DNA from: an uncultured Draconibacterium sp.
GTDB lineage: Bacteria > Bacteroidota > Bacteroidia > Bacteroidales > FEN-979
Direction: 5' to 3'
Assembly (NCBI GenBank): GCA_964387205.1
Contig: CAYLVY010000005.1
Coordinates: 1-60,492 of the forward strand
Length of the DNA stretch: 60,492 bases
Both the position numbers and the translations under genes were made by a program. Below are positions 47,816 to 56,937 of this stretch, one piece after another (position 1 is the first letter of the stretch; each line of letters opens with the position of its first letter). The notes under the pieces are model-generated. The model saw only the letters and a program-made list of their open reading frames with translations, had not been told where the DNA came from and searched no databases.

Positions 47816-48860
47816 TCCCATGCCTGACCTCCGGGAACTGACCCGCGACGAAATTTCCGGCATGCTGCATGAGCTGGGGGAGCCCTCATTCCGTGCACGC
47901 CAGGTATATGAATGGCTTTGGAAGCACCATGCCATCAGTATCACGGCGATGACCTCCCTGCCGGAGTCTCTCCGGAAAAAACTGTCTGAAAGGTTTACCC
48001 TGAACAGGGCCATTGAGGCCCGGCGTCAGATCAGCAGCGACGGGACACACAAAGTGCTCTTCCGTTTACACGACCAACTCTTTGCCGAAGCAGTAAAAAT
48101 ACCGGCGGGAGAGCGAAATACCGCTTGTGTTTCATCTCAGGTCGGTTGTGCCCTTGGCTGCAGGTTCTGTGCCACAGGCCGTATGGGTTTCACCCGAAAC
48201 CTTTCGGCAGGAGAGATGGTCGATCAGGTTACGGGAGTAATCTCCTCCACCGGTGCCACCTTAGAGTTGCCATCCAATATTGTTTTTATGGGGATGGGGG
48301 AGCCATTTCTTAATTACAAGGCTCTGACACGGGCCATTGAAAGGATCACGGCTCCCGATGGCCTTGGTATGTCGCCGCAGCGGATCACCGTATCGAGTAT
48401 CGGGATCCCGAAAATGATCAGGCAGATGGCCGATGATCAGGCCCGTTACCATTTTGCCCTCTCCCTTCATGCAGCCAGCGATGGTAAACGCAACCAGATC
48501 ATGCCTTTTAACCTCTCACACCCGCTGGCAGAGGTTTCGGAAGCCCTTCACTATTATCACGGGAAGACGGGTCAACGTATTACCATGGAATACGTGCTTC
48601 TGGGCGGGTTCAATGATACCCGGGGCGATGTTGCAGCCCTTGCAGCTTTCTGCCGAAGGTTCCCTGTCAAGATCAACCTGATAGAGTATAACCCCGTTCC
48701 GGAAACCGGATTCAGGAAATCAACCCCGGACCATACCCAACAATTTATTCGCTACCTGGAATCCAGGAACCTTATTGTCAACATGCGTTCGAGCAAAGGG
48801 GCCGATATTGATGCAGCCTGCGGACAACTGGCAGCCAAAGCCCTCCCGGGGATCCATTAA
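47805..48860 (+). CDS. rlmN: 23S rRNA (adenine2503-C2)-methyltransferase RlmN (radical SAM)
   Basis: 351 aa with FRARQVYEWLW, a CALGCRFCATG cluster and a conserved C-terminal DIDAACGQL. Confidence 0.92.
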   Translation: MNGSPMPDLRELTRDEISGMLHELGEPSFRARQVYEWLWKHHAISITAMTSLPESLRKKLSERFTLNRAIEARRQISSDGTHKVLFRLHDQLFAEAVKIPAGERNTACVSSQVGCALGCRFCATGRMGFTRNLSAGEMVDQVTGVISSTGATLELPSNIVFMGMGEPFLNYKALTRAIERITAPDGLGMSPQRITVSSIGIPKMIRQMADDQARYHFALSLHAASDGKRNQIMPFNLSHPLAEVSEALHYYHGKTGQRITMEYVLLGGFNDTRGDVAALAAFCRRFPVKINLIEYNPVPETGFRKSTPDHTQQFIRYLESRNLIVNMRSSKGADIDAACGQLAAKALPGIH

Positions 48861-48876
48861 CCTTAATCATAAGCTT

Positions 48877-50514
48877 ATGATGGAAGAACATTTTGAATTG
48901 AGCGGCAATATTGTAGATGTGGTGGCCGGAAGGATCTTTCCCGGAACAGTTATCGTGAAAAACGGTACCATCGCTGGAATCCGGGAAGAACCGGTCTCAT
49001 CAGGCGTCTTTATCCTGCCCGGGTTGATCGATGCCCATATTCATATCGAAAGCTCCATGCTGGTCCCTTCCGAGTTTGCGCGCCTTGCAGTGATCCATGG
49101 TACGGTGGCCACCGTCTCCGATCCGCACGAAATCGCCAATGTTCTCGGGATCCCGGGTGTGGAATACATGATCGAAAATGGAGCCAAAGTGCCATTCCGG
49201 TTCTACTTCGGGGCTCCTTCCTGCGTGCCTGCAACTCCTTTCGAAACGGCCGGCGCCGTGCTGGGGGTGGAAGAGGTGAAGATATTGCTCGAAAAACCCG
49301 AGATAAAATATTTATCGGAGATGATGAACTTTCCCGGGGTTCTTTTTGGCGACCCTGAGGTGATAGCGAAACTGGAACTTGCCAGGAAAGCAGGTAAACC
49401 GGTCGATGGACATGCGCCAGGGGTGACAGGCGCCGATGCCGAAAAGTATGTCGGGGCAGGAATTTCTACGGATCATGAATGCTTTACCATCGAGGAAGCC
49501 CGGGAAAAAATTGCCCTCGGTATGAAAATTCTGCTGCGGGAGGGTAGCGCGGCCAGGAACTTTGAAGCCCTTTGGCCACTGATCGATGAAGCTCCCGAAA
49601 TGGTAATGCTCTGTTCCGACGATAAGCATCCGAATGATCTGCTGGAGGGGCATATCAACACGGAAGTAAAGCGGGCACTCCATCTGGATCTCGACCCCAT
49701 GAATGTACTCCGGTGCTGTACCCTTAACCCCGTACGCCACTATGGCCTGGATTCGGGCTTGCTCCAAACCGGTGATTCCGCCGATTTTATTGTCGTAGGC
49801 GATCTGCGTTCCTTTCAGGTGCTGCAGACATTTGTCAAGGGCCAAAAGGTTGCTGAAAACGGGGTGAGCCTGATTTCATCCGTGGTGGTCCCGGAAGTGA
49901 ACCTTTTCAATGCCGGAAGGATACTCCCCGAAGACCTTCAGGTCCCTGCTCACGAGGGAGACCTCAGGGTCATTGAAGCTTTCGACGGCCAGCTTATCAC
50001 CGCGGAAAGAGTGGTGAAACCAAAGATCAGGGATGGATTTGTGGTTGCCGACCCTGAGCAGAATGTGATCAAACTGGTCGTAATGAACCGGTATCAGCCG
50101 GTACCACCTGCCATTGGTTTTATTTTCAATACAGGTATGCAGAGAGGGGCAATTGCCTCCTGTGTGGCTCATGACAGCCACAATATCGTAGCCGCAGGCG
50201 TCGATGATGCATCTATTGCAGAAGCCATCAATCTGATTGTGGAGCATAAAGGAGGAATTTCCCTTGCAGACGGTGAGGTAAAAGAGATACTCCCACTGCC
50301 GGTTGCAGGTATCATGACTGGTGACGACGGTTTTGCAGTGGCCTCCCTATACGATAAAATGGATAAACTCGCCCGCCGGACCGGTATCAAACTGTCTGCA
50401 CCCTATATGACCCTCTCCTTTATGGCGTTGCTGGTGATTCCTGAACTGAAATTAAGTGATAAGGGACTGTTTGATGGGAAAAAGTTTACTTTTTCTTCAC
50501 TTTTCCGAAAATAA
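48877..50514 (+). CDS. ade: adenine deaminase
   Basis: From the ATG at 48877: MMEEHFELSGNIVDV...LPGLIDAHIHIESS...DGHAP...SDDKHP. The track ORF start at 48775 overlaps the rlmN 3' end. Confidence 0.85.
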   Translation: MMEEHFELSGNIVDVVAGRIFPGTVIVKNGTIAGIREEPVSSGVFILPGLIDAHIHIESSMLVPSEFARLAVIHGTVATVSDPHEIANVLGIPGVEYMIENGAKVPFRFYFGAPSCVPATPFETAGAVLGVEEVKILLEKPEIKYLSEMMNFPGVLFGDPEVIAKLELARKAGKPVDGHAPGVTGADAEKYVGAGISTDHECFTIEEAREKIALGMKILLREGSAARNFEALWPLIDEAPEMVMLCSDDKHPNDLLEGHINTEVKRALHLDLDPMNVLRCCTLNPVRHYGLDSGLLQTGDSADFIVVGDLRSFQVLQTFVKGQKVAENGVSLISSVVVPEVNLFNAGRILPEDLQVPAHEGDLRVIEAFDGQLITAERVVKPKIRDGFVVADPEQNVIKLVVMNRYQPVPPAIGFIFNTGMQRGAIASCVAHDSHNIVAAGVDDASIAEAINLIVEHKGGISLADGEVKEILPLPVAGIMTGDDGFAVASLYDKMDKLARRTGIKLSAPYMTLSFMALLVIPELKLSDKGLFDGKKFTFSSLFRK

Positions 50515-50551
50515 AATCAGATATTTATATATATTGTTCGTATACATTTCA

Positions 50552-50559
50552 TATCTTTG
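50552..50559 (+). promoter_or_regulatory. candidate -7 promoter box (TATCTTTG) for the ArsR-family gene
   Basis: Matches TAnnTTTG, 24 nt upstream of the ATG at 50584. Confidence 0.4.
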
Positions 50560-50583
50560 TTGGCTGAATATACTTAACCAATC

Positions 50584-50886
50584 ATGAAACGAAAAAGCCA
50601 ACTTGACCTGCAGAAACTGGAAATGGCTGCAAGCCGTCTCCGTGCGATGGCCCACCCAATGAGAATCGCCATCATCGAACTGCTCACCGATAATCAGCGG
50701 CTAACCGTAACGGAGATATATGAACATTTGGGAATCGAGCAGGCATCGGCTTCGCATCATCTCAATATTCTGAAAAACAAGGGATTGTTAGAGTCCAGGC
50801 GTGATGGTAAGATGATTCTTTATTCGCTTCGCACCCAAGCACTTACTAATGTAATCGATTGCATTAACCAGTGTGCGATGGGTTAA
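50584..50886 (+). CDS. ArsR/SmtB family transcriptional regulator
   Basis: 100 aa: RLRAMAHPMRIAIIELL...LTVTEIYEHLGIEQASASHHLNILKNKGLLESRRDGKMILYSL (winged HTH). Confidence 0.85.
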   Translation: MKRKSQLDLQKLEMAASRLRAMAHPMRIAIIELLTDNQRLTVTEIYEHLGIEQASASHHLNILKNKGLLESRRDGKMILYSLRTQALTNVIDCINQCAMG

Positions 50887-52673
50887 TCCCATTTCTCTTC
50901 CACATCCCAGTTTGCACGGATCTCAATGATACCGGGATAGTAAAGCACCTCTTCCGGCTGAAGGGAGAGGTAATAGTTGCCTGTGTCCCACCTGAAGTTC
51001 CGGTTCCGGTCCCTGATGGCCTTAATTTTATATTTTCCCGGTACAAGATATCGGAAGTGAAGTTCCCCGCCGGTGTTCAGAACCTGTTGCTCAAATAATT
51101 TGTCCTCCTGCTCGTTGAGCAGTTGTATCAGGTATTGTCCATCCCATTCCGGCAGGGCGGCTTTTAAAAGGAGGTTTCCAAAATCGCGCTCAGCGCGTGT
51201 CCTGAAAGAGAGGATCACCGAGTCCTTCTGGATACCCGTCAAACCGGTAAAAACAGAATCGGGGATGATCAGGGTATAGGAGCCATCCTCTTTCCAGGGA
51301 TGGCTGATATACATGGTGCGACGGATGGAATCGCGGTAGATGGCAGCGGCCGGCAGGGTGTCTTTCCCATCGGCGACCATGATGGCGGTAAGTTCGCCGT
51401 GCAGGATGGGGGATGACCAGGCCAGCATCAGGGTGTCACGAAATTGGTTCAGACTGAAGCCACCGGATGGTTTGATCAGTTTCAGATCATCGGTCTTTAC
51501 TTTTTCCTCTTTACGTCCTCTTTGTTCCGTGCGTTCCTGAGTCAGTTCCAATGTGTCGGCAGGCATATTTCTTGCCTGAATTTTTATCGTCAGAGAGTCG
51601 GTCTTCGTACCCGTAAGCCAGAGTGCAAGGGTGTCGGCTTTTGGGGAGTATTCGATCATGCTCCATCGGGAGAGGGAGTCGAAGTTCAATGGTGTGATTT
51701 TCAGATCTTCTACCGGCAAACGGAAGACAAGGTCAATTTTCCGGAAATGTTTATAGGCATACCGCAACAGACGCTGGACAGTATCGGGTTGTTCGAACAT
51801 ACGGAGGGTGTACCGTTGTTTATTCACCCGAATAGCGTTCAGGGTGTCATGGATCATGATCGTCGAATCCGTTCCGGGCAGTGAGTCTGAGGGTTTTGGG
51901 ACGGGGTGATATTCCGGGGTGACAAGGCTGTCGAGAAAGGCAATTTTTTCCGAAAACTGGTTGAAAATGAGATCGCTGTTCATGTCGGCCAGGGCAAAGA
52001 TCTTGAACGGCCCTGCCCCAAGGTTGCGAAGCGAAAATTTTCCTTTATCATCGGCACGGGTCAGATAATAGGGCGGGGTCCTGAGCGGGAGGGAATCAAC
52101 CGGCAAGGTATCCTGGGTGAGGGTATAGAGGCCGACAAAGACCTCTTTGACCGGTTGCAGGTTGTAGGCCGTGACCACTTCTCCTTCAAGGGAAAGGGAA
52201 TCGATGTAAGGTCCCGTCGAAAATACGTAAGAGAAACCTTTCAGTGTATTCCCCTCTGTCAGGTCGGTGATGGCATTCCCAAAATTGATGTTGTAGGTCG
52301 TGTTCTGGCGCAGGGTGTCATCCCATTCCAGGATCAACGATCTGCTTCTGAGCCTGGTTTCAGGGAGCCTTATCAGTGGAGGGGAAAAGAAAATTTCACC
52401 GGTAGGATTTTTAAGGCTGATGAATTCATTCAGGTCAATCCTGATGCTGTTTTCTTTGAAGTTGCGGGTAAAGGAGGGAGGTTCGCAGCTTAATACCATA
52501 GGCGGATTTTCGTCTTTGGGCCCGCCTGACGGGCTTACCGGGTTGGCGCACCTGATGATCGAAACCATAAGAACTGTCAGGAGCAGGAGGATGAAATACC
52601 GGGAGCGTGTGACCTGGGCCAAGGTTTTTTTGTAAGTTTGCGGGCTCAAAATTACCACTCGTTTCGATAGCAA
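50883..52673 (-). CDS. Ig-like (SbsA/Big_5-type) domain lipoprotein, unknown function
   Basis: 596 aa with a TTG start in the track. It has a hydrophobic leader ending IIRC and an N-terminal Ig-like module (PPMVLSCEPPSFTRNF...NTTYNINFGNAITDLTEGN). The start codon is uncertain, as several in-frame TTG/GTG/ATG codons are present. Confidence 0.55.
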   Translation of the reverse strand: MLSKRVVILSPQTYKKTLAQVTRSRYFILLLLTVLMVSIIRCANPVSPSGGPKDENPPMVLSCEPPSFTRNFKENSIRIDLNEFISLKNPTGEIFFSPPLIRLPETRLRSRSLILEWDDTLRQNTTYNINFGNAITDLTEGNTLKGFSYVFSTGPYIDSLSLEGEVVTAYNLQPVKEVFVGLYTLTQDTLPVDSLPLRTPPYYLTRADDKGKFSLRNLGAGPFKIFALADMNSDLIFNQFSEKIAFLDSLVTPEYHPVPKPSDSLPGTDSTIMIHDTLNAIRVNKQRYTLRMFEQPDTVQRLLRYAYKHFRKIDLVFRLPVEDLKITPLNFDSLSRWSMIEYSPKADTLALWLTGTKTDSLTIKIQARNMPADTLELTQERTEQRGRKEEKVKTDDLKLIKPSGGFSLNQFRDTLMLAWSSPILHGELTAIMVADGKDTLPAAAIYRDSIRRTMYISHPWKEDGSYTLIIPDSVFTGLTGIQKDSVILSFRTRAERDFGNLLLKAALPEWDGQYLIQLLNEQEDKLFEQQVLNTGGELHFRYLVPGKYKIKAIRDRNRNFRWDTGNYYLSLQPEEVLYYPGIIEIRANWDVEEKWD

Positions 52674-52721
52674 AAAAAAAAATTCATACTTTTACATTAT
52701 TAATCACAGAACTGAAGCAAT

Positions 52722-53462
52722 ATGTCAGGTCACAACAAATGGTCGACCATTAAAAGGAAAAAGGGCGCATTGGACGCAAAACGGTCGAAAATCTTTTCGA
52801 AGATCATCAAGGATATAACGATTGCAGTCAAGGAGAGTGGCCCTGATCCGGATGGCAATCCAAGGCTGAGGCTGGCCATTGCCAACGCCAAAGGTGCTTC
52901 CATGCCGAAAGAAACCATTCAACGGGCAATCAGCAAAGGATCCGATAAGGATGCCGCAGCCCTGATGGAGACAACCTACGAAGGCAAGGGGCCTCACGGT
53001 GTGGCTATTTTTGTTGAATGTACTACGGACAACCTTCAGCGTACCGTATCCAATATCCGGGCGTATTTTAACAAACATGGCGGAGAACTGGGACAAAACG
53101 GAATGCTGAATTATCTTTTCGACCGGAAAGGTATCTTTGAGGTACCTAAAGGTACCATAGACCGCGATGAGTTTGAAATGGAACTGATCGACGCCGGGGC
53201 CGAAGATATCTCACTGGATGAGGAAGTTTTCACGATCACTACCGCCATGGAAGATTTCGGGAATATGGTCAGGAAACTGGAACAGTTGAAAATTGAACCT
53301 GAGAGCGCTTCACTTCAACGGATACCCAGGACTACCGTCACCCTGGATGAGGATGCGACCCGGAAAGTGTTGAAACTGATTGATGTGATAGAGGAGGATG
53401 ATGACGTCCAGAATGTCTTTCATACACTCGAGATCAGTGACGAGATGGCAGATAAACTCTAA
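52722..53462 (+). CDS. yebC: YebC/PmpR family DNA-binding regulator
   Basis: 246 aa: MSGHNKWSTIKRKKGALDAKRSKIFSK... Confidence 0.92.
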   Translation: MSGHNKWSTIKRKKGALDAKRSKIFSKIIKDITIAVKESGPDPDGNPRLRLAIANAKGASMPKETIQRAISKGSDKDAAALMETTYEGKGPHGVAIFVECTTDNLQRTVSNIRAYFNKHGGELGQNGMLNYLFDRKGIFEVPKGTIDRDEFEMELIDAGAEDISLDEEVFTITTAMEDFGNMVRKLEQLKIEPESASLQRIPRTTVTLDEDATRKVLKLIDVIEEDDDVQNVFHTLEISDEMADKL

Positions 53463-53493
53463 AAAAAACGCGGCTTTACGCCGCGTTTTTTTT
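53461..53493. terminator. bidirectional rho-independent terminator between yebC and the response regulator
   Basis: A8-CGCGGC-TTTAC-GCCGCG-T8. The GC stem is flanked by an A-tract and a T-tract, so it can terminate both convergent transcripts. Both stop codons lie inside the tracts. Confidence 0.8.
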
Positions 53494-54463
53494 ATATCTC
53501 GCAAATATGCTGTGTGAGGTTAATTCCCTTGGGTAATTCGAGTTTTTTCCTCAACCTGATCCTGGAGATCTCTGTGCTGGGAGCGGTAATCTTCAGTATG
53601 TGACTTATCTCCTTGGTGCTTAAGTTCATTCGGAGCAGTGCGCATAATTTGTGGTCATTCGGTGTAAGTTGCGGGTACTTCTTGCGGAGTCTGTCGAAAA
53701 AGCCCGGATGGATCTTTTCAAAATGGGCCTTGATCCGGTACCAGTCATTATCGAATTTGATATTCTCATCGATGGTCTTCAGAACGGTAGCCACATCGGT
53801 TTTGGTGATGTGCCGATCGTTCTTCATGAGCCGGTTAATGTCTTTCCTGATCAGCCCGATAATTTTATTCTTTTGGGAGATAAAAATGGATGAAGTCGAA
53901 AGTTCGCGATTGATAAGGTCGATCTCCATATGATGTTTTTGTTTCAAAAGCTGGTTGACCTTCTGTTCGGCGCGGATTCTTTCCTGTAAACGCTGGTTGC
54001 GCTCTTTTTCTGCTTTCTTGCGTTGCTCAATCTCGTTCTTCAGCTCAGCAATGATGCGTTCATTGGTAATCTCAAGATTCCTCTGGTAATTTGCCACTTC
54101 AATGGCAGCTTTAATCTGATCAAAATCAACCGGCTTAAACAGATAGGCATAAGGTTTGACAGAAAATGATTTGTTGAACATTTCACTCTTATCCATGCTG
54201 GTGAGGAAAATGATACCACAGCTGTAATTCTCGGTGATGATCTTGGCTGCTTCAATCCCGTCCATCTTTCCGGCCAGCGTAACATCCATGATAACGATAT
54301 CCGGTTCTTTGTTGGCCTCTTTTAGACTGGCAATGTCCTGGATAGCTTTTTCTGCCTTGATCTCCATGCCTAATACATGGTATCCGTGGTTCGTCAGGTT
54401 TTTCTTCAGATCGTTGGCTATGAGCAGTTCATCCTCAACGATATACAAAGTGATTGGTGTCAT
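53492..54463 (-). CDS. response regulator: receiver + coiled coil + C-terminal LuxR/GerE-like HTH
   Basis: 323 aa. The REC domain is IVEDELLIANDL...IVIMDVTLAG.MDG...KP. A charged coiled-coil stretch follows (AELKNEIEQRKKAEKERNQRLQERIRAEQKVNQLLKQK). The C-terminal HTH is LTPNDHKLCALLRMNLSTKEISHILKITAPSTEISRIRLRKKL. Confidence 0.8.
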   Translation of the reverse strand: MTPITLYIVEDELLIANDLKKNLTNHGYHVLGMEIKAEKAIQDIASLKEANKEPDIVIMDVTLAGKMDGIEAAKIITENYSCGIIFLTSMDKSEMFNKSFSVKPYAYLFKPVDFDQIKAAIEVANYQRNLEITNERIIAELKNEIEQRKKAEKERNQRLQERIRAEQKVNQLLKQKHHMEIDLINRELSTSSIFISQKNKIIGLIRKDINRLMKNDRHITKTDVATVLKTIDENIKFDNDWYRIKAHFEKIHPGFFDRLRKKYPQLTPNDHKLCALLRMNLSTKEISHILKITAPSTEISRIRLRKKLELPKGINLTQHICEI

Positions 54464-54601
54464 GAATGTTGATTTTTAAGAGTGGTTTATACGGTTTTTA
54501 CTGTTTTGATCGTTATGTTTTCCGGTTATAAGTATTATATATTGATAGTTTTCTTTATCATAAATCGTTACCCTGACAAAGAAAAACCATGTTAGGGATT
54601 G

Positions 54602-54609
54602 CAAACATA
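54602..54609 (-). promoter_or_regulatory. candidate -7 promoter box (TATGTTTG) for the response regulator
   Basis: Plus-strand CAAACATA lies 138 nt upstream of the ATG at 54463, which would imply a long leader. Confidence 0.25.
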
Positions 54610-54723
54610 CAACAATTCATCCTTTTTCCAAAGTATTTCTTTAAAAATAACTTAACACCCTTTCAAAGACAGATAATTCATTGAATCAACGTAAATAGTT
54701 AATGCAAATATGAAAATACTCCT

Positions 54724-54731
54724 TATCTTTG
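54724..54731 (+). promoter_or_regulatory. candidate -7 promoter box (TATCTTTG) for the GH3-family gene
   Basis: Matches TAnnTTTG, 25 nt upstream of the ATG at 54757. Confidence 0.4.
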
Positions 54732-54756
54732 AATAACCTAACTTACCATCCCTGCC

Positions 54757-56277
54757 ATGGCCCTGATTAATTCCGTTATTTCCTGGGTGATGAAGAAACG
54801 GATCCACCAGATCGAACTCTTTATTAAATATCCCAATGAAGTACAGACCGAACTGCTGAAGAAATTGCTGACCACAGCCCGCAATACAGAATGGGGCAAA
54901 GAGTACGATTTTAAAACGCTGAATTCACCGGCCCAGTTTGCTGCCCGGATCCCTGTTCAGGATTATGAGTCCCATAAACCAGCGGTGGAGCGGTTAAGAC
55001 GGGGGGAGCAGAATATATGCTGGCCGACCGAGATCAAATGGTTTGCCAAGTCATCGGGGACAACCAACGATAAAAGCAAGTTTATCCCCGTCAGCCAGGA
55101 GGCGCTGGAGGAGTGCCATTTTAAGGGGGGCAAGGATCTTCTGTCCATTTATTGCAATATGCACGATGATACCCGGCTGTTTGCCGGTAAGGCAATCGCA
55201 ATGGGCGGAAGCCATCAGATACTGGAGGTGAACAATGAAGTCTATTATCAGGGAGACCTTTCGGCTATTCTCATCCAGAACCTGCCGGGATGGGTCGAGT
55301 TCCTCCGGACCCCCAATCTTTCCATAGCCCTGATGGATGACTGGGAAAGCAAAATTGAAATGATGGCCTCGGAGACCATGCAGCATGATGTGACCAATAT
55401 ATCCGGGGTCCCCTCCTGGACCCTGCTGCTTTTTAAAAGGGTGCTCGAACTCTCCGGCAAGGATAACATTCTGGAAGTATGGCCGAACTTTGAACTCTTC
55501 ATCCATGGCGGGGTAAGCTTTCTCCCGTACCGCGATCAGTTTCACAAAATACTTCCGTCAGATTCAGTGAATTACCTGGAAACGTACAACGCCTCAGAGG
55601 GTTTTTTCGGTATCCAGGACCGGGACAGGGCCAACGATATGCTGCTGATGCTGGATTACGGAATCTATTACGAATTCATACCCCCCGAACAGGTCGGTCG
55701 GGAGTATCCGGAAACAATCACGCTCGATCAGGTTCAAACCGGCGTCAGCTATGCAATGGTGATCACGACCAATGCAGGATTATGGCGATATCTGATCGGG
55801 GATACGGTGATTTTCACCTCTGTTGATCCTTACAGAATCAGAATTTCCGGCCGTACCCGACACTTTATCAACGCATTCGGGGAGGAGGTGATCATCGAAA
55901 ATGCCGAAAAAGCGCTGGCCATTGCCTGCAACAGGAGCAACGCCGTGGTGTCGGAATATACCGCGGCACCCATCTTCCTTACCGGACAATCACGGGGTGC
56001 TCACGAATGGATCATCGAATTTGAGAAACCGCCTGCAGACCTGTCGTATTTTACCAGTGCCCTCGATACTGCGCTAAAATCACTGAATTCTGATTACGAA
56101 GCCAAAAGATACCACGACCTCATGCTCACCGAACCTGTCGTGAGGGTGGTTCCTCCCAATACCTTTTATCGCTGGATGAGACAACGGGGGAAACTCGGAG
56201 GACAAAACAAGGTTCCCCGTCTGTATAATGAAAGAAAATATGTGGATGAAATCATGGCGATAGCCTCAGAGGGTTAA
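54757..56277 (+). CDS. GH3 auxin-responsive-promoter family protein (acyl-adenylate-forming fold)
   Basis: 506 aa with the N-terminal block KKRIHQIELFIKYPNEVQ..LLKKLL..A.NTEWGK.YDF and SSGTT... typical of bacterial GH3 homologues. Confidence 0.8.
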   Translation: MALINSVISWVMKKRIHQIELFIKYPNEVQTELLKKLLTTARNTEWGKEYDFKTLNSPAQFAARIPVQDYESHKPAVERLRRGEQNICWPTEIKWFAKSSGTTNDKSKFIPVSQEALEECHFKGGKDLLSIYCNMHDDTRLFAGKAIAMGGSHQILEVNNEVYYQGDLSAILIQNLPGWVEFLRTPNLSIALMDDWESKIEMMASETMQHDVTNISGVPSWTLLLFKRVLELSGKDNILEVWPNFELFIHGGVSFLPYRDQFHKILPSDSVNYLETYNASEGFFGIQDRDRANDMLLMLDYGIYYEFIPPEQVGREYPETITLDQVQTGVSYAMVITTNAGLWRYLIGDTVIFTSVDPYRIRISGRTRHFINAFGEEVIIENAEKALAIACNRSNAVVSEYTAAPIFLTGQSRGAHEWIIEFEKPPADLSYFTSALDTALKSLNSDYEAKRYHDLMLTEPVVRVVPPNTFYRWMRQRGKLGGQNKVPRLYNERKYVDEIMAIASEG

Positions 56278-56287
56278 TTCCTTTTTA

Positions 56288-56295
56288 TACCTTTG
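56288..56295 (+). promoter_or_regulatory. candidate -7 promoter box (TACCTTTG)
   Basis: Matches TAnnTTTG, 17 nt upstream of the ATG at 56313. Confidence 0.4.
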
Positions 56296-56312
56296 AAATC
56301 AAAATTTCAGCC

Positions 56313-56927
56313 ATGCACATCGCCATTGCCGGTAATATTGGATCCGGAAAAACGACCCTGTCCGGCCTGCTGGCCAAACATTTTGGCTGGCGCCCTCATT
56401 ATGAAGACGTGGACACTAATCCTTATCTGAACAGTTTTTATGAGGATATGCTCCGCTGGTCATTCAACCTTCAGATATATTTTCTGAACAGCCGGTTCCG
56501 CCAGGTCATTGAAATCAGGGATTCCGGAGAATCTGTTGTCCAGGACAGGACGATATACGAAGATGCATTTATCTTTGCCCCGAACCTCCATGCCATGAAT
56601 CTCATGAGTACCCGTGATTTTAACAATTACCGGAGCCTCTTCGACCTCATGAGTAAATTTTTACAACCTCCCGACCTCCTTATTTACCTCCGCGCCAGCG
56701 TGCCAACCCTGGTCAGCCAGATACAGAAACGCGGCAGGGAATATGAAAACAGCATCCGGCTCGATTACCTCAAAAACCTCAACGAACGCTATGAAGAATG
56801 GATTAGCGGCTATCAGTCGGGCAAACTGCTTATTGTGGATGCCGATACACTGAAGGTCAATGAAAATCCTGAAGACCTGGGGCTCGTGATCGAGAAAATC
56901 AACGCCCAGTTACACGGACTGTTCTGA
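56313..56927 (+). CDS. deoxynucleoside kinase
   Basis: 204 aa with a P-loop (IAIAGNIGSGKTTL), YLNSFYEDM..WSFNLQIYFLNSRF and DRTIYED. Confidence 0.88.
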   Translation: MHIAIAGNIGSGKTTLSGLLAKHFGWRPHYEDVDTNPYLNSFYEDMLRWSFNLQIYFLNSRFRQVIEIRDSGESVVQDRTIYEDAFIFAPNLHAMNLMSTRDFNNYRSLFDLMSKFLQPPDLLIYLRASVPTLVSQIQKRGREYENSIRLDYLKNLNERYEEWISGYQSGKLLIVDADTLKVNENPEDLGLVIEKINAQLHGLF

Positions 56928-56937
56928 TACCTGCCTT

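Noticed and set aside
54464-54756. Scanned the longest intergenic regions (54464-54756, 31115-31323, 26635-26779) for tRNA cloverleafs, CRISPR-like direct repeats, IS inverted repeats or small RNA hairpins.
   Set aside because: I found only a weak 7-bp stem (CCCTGAC...GTTAGGG near 54570-54596, with one G-U pair). There are no repeat arrays, no tRNA-like structure and no terminal inverted repeats.
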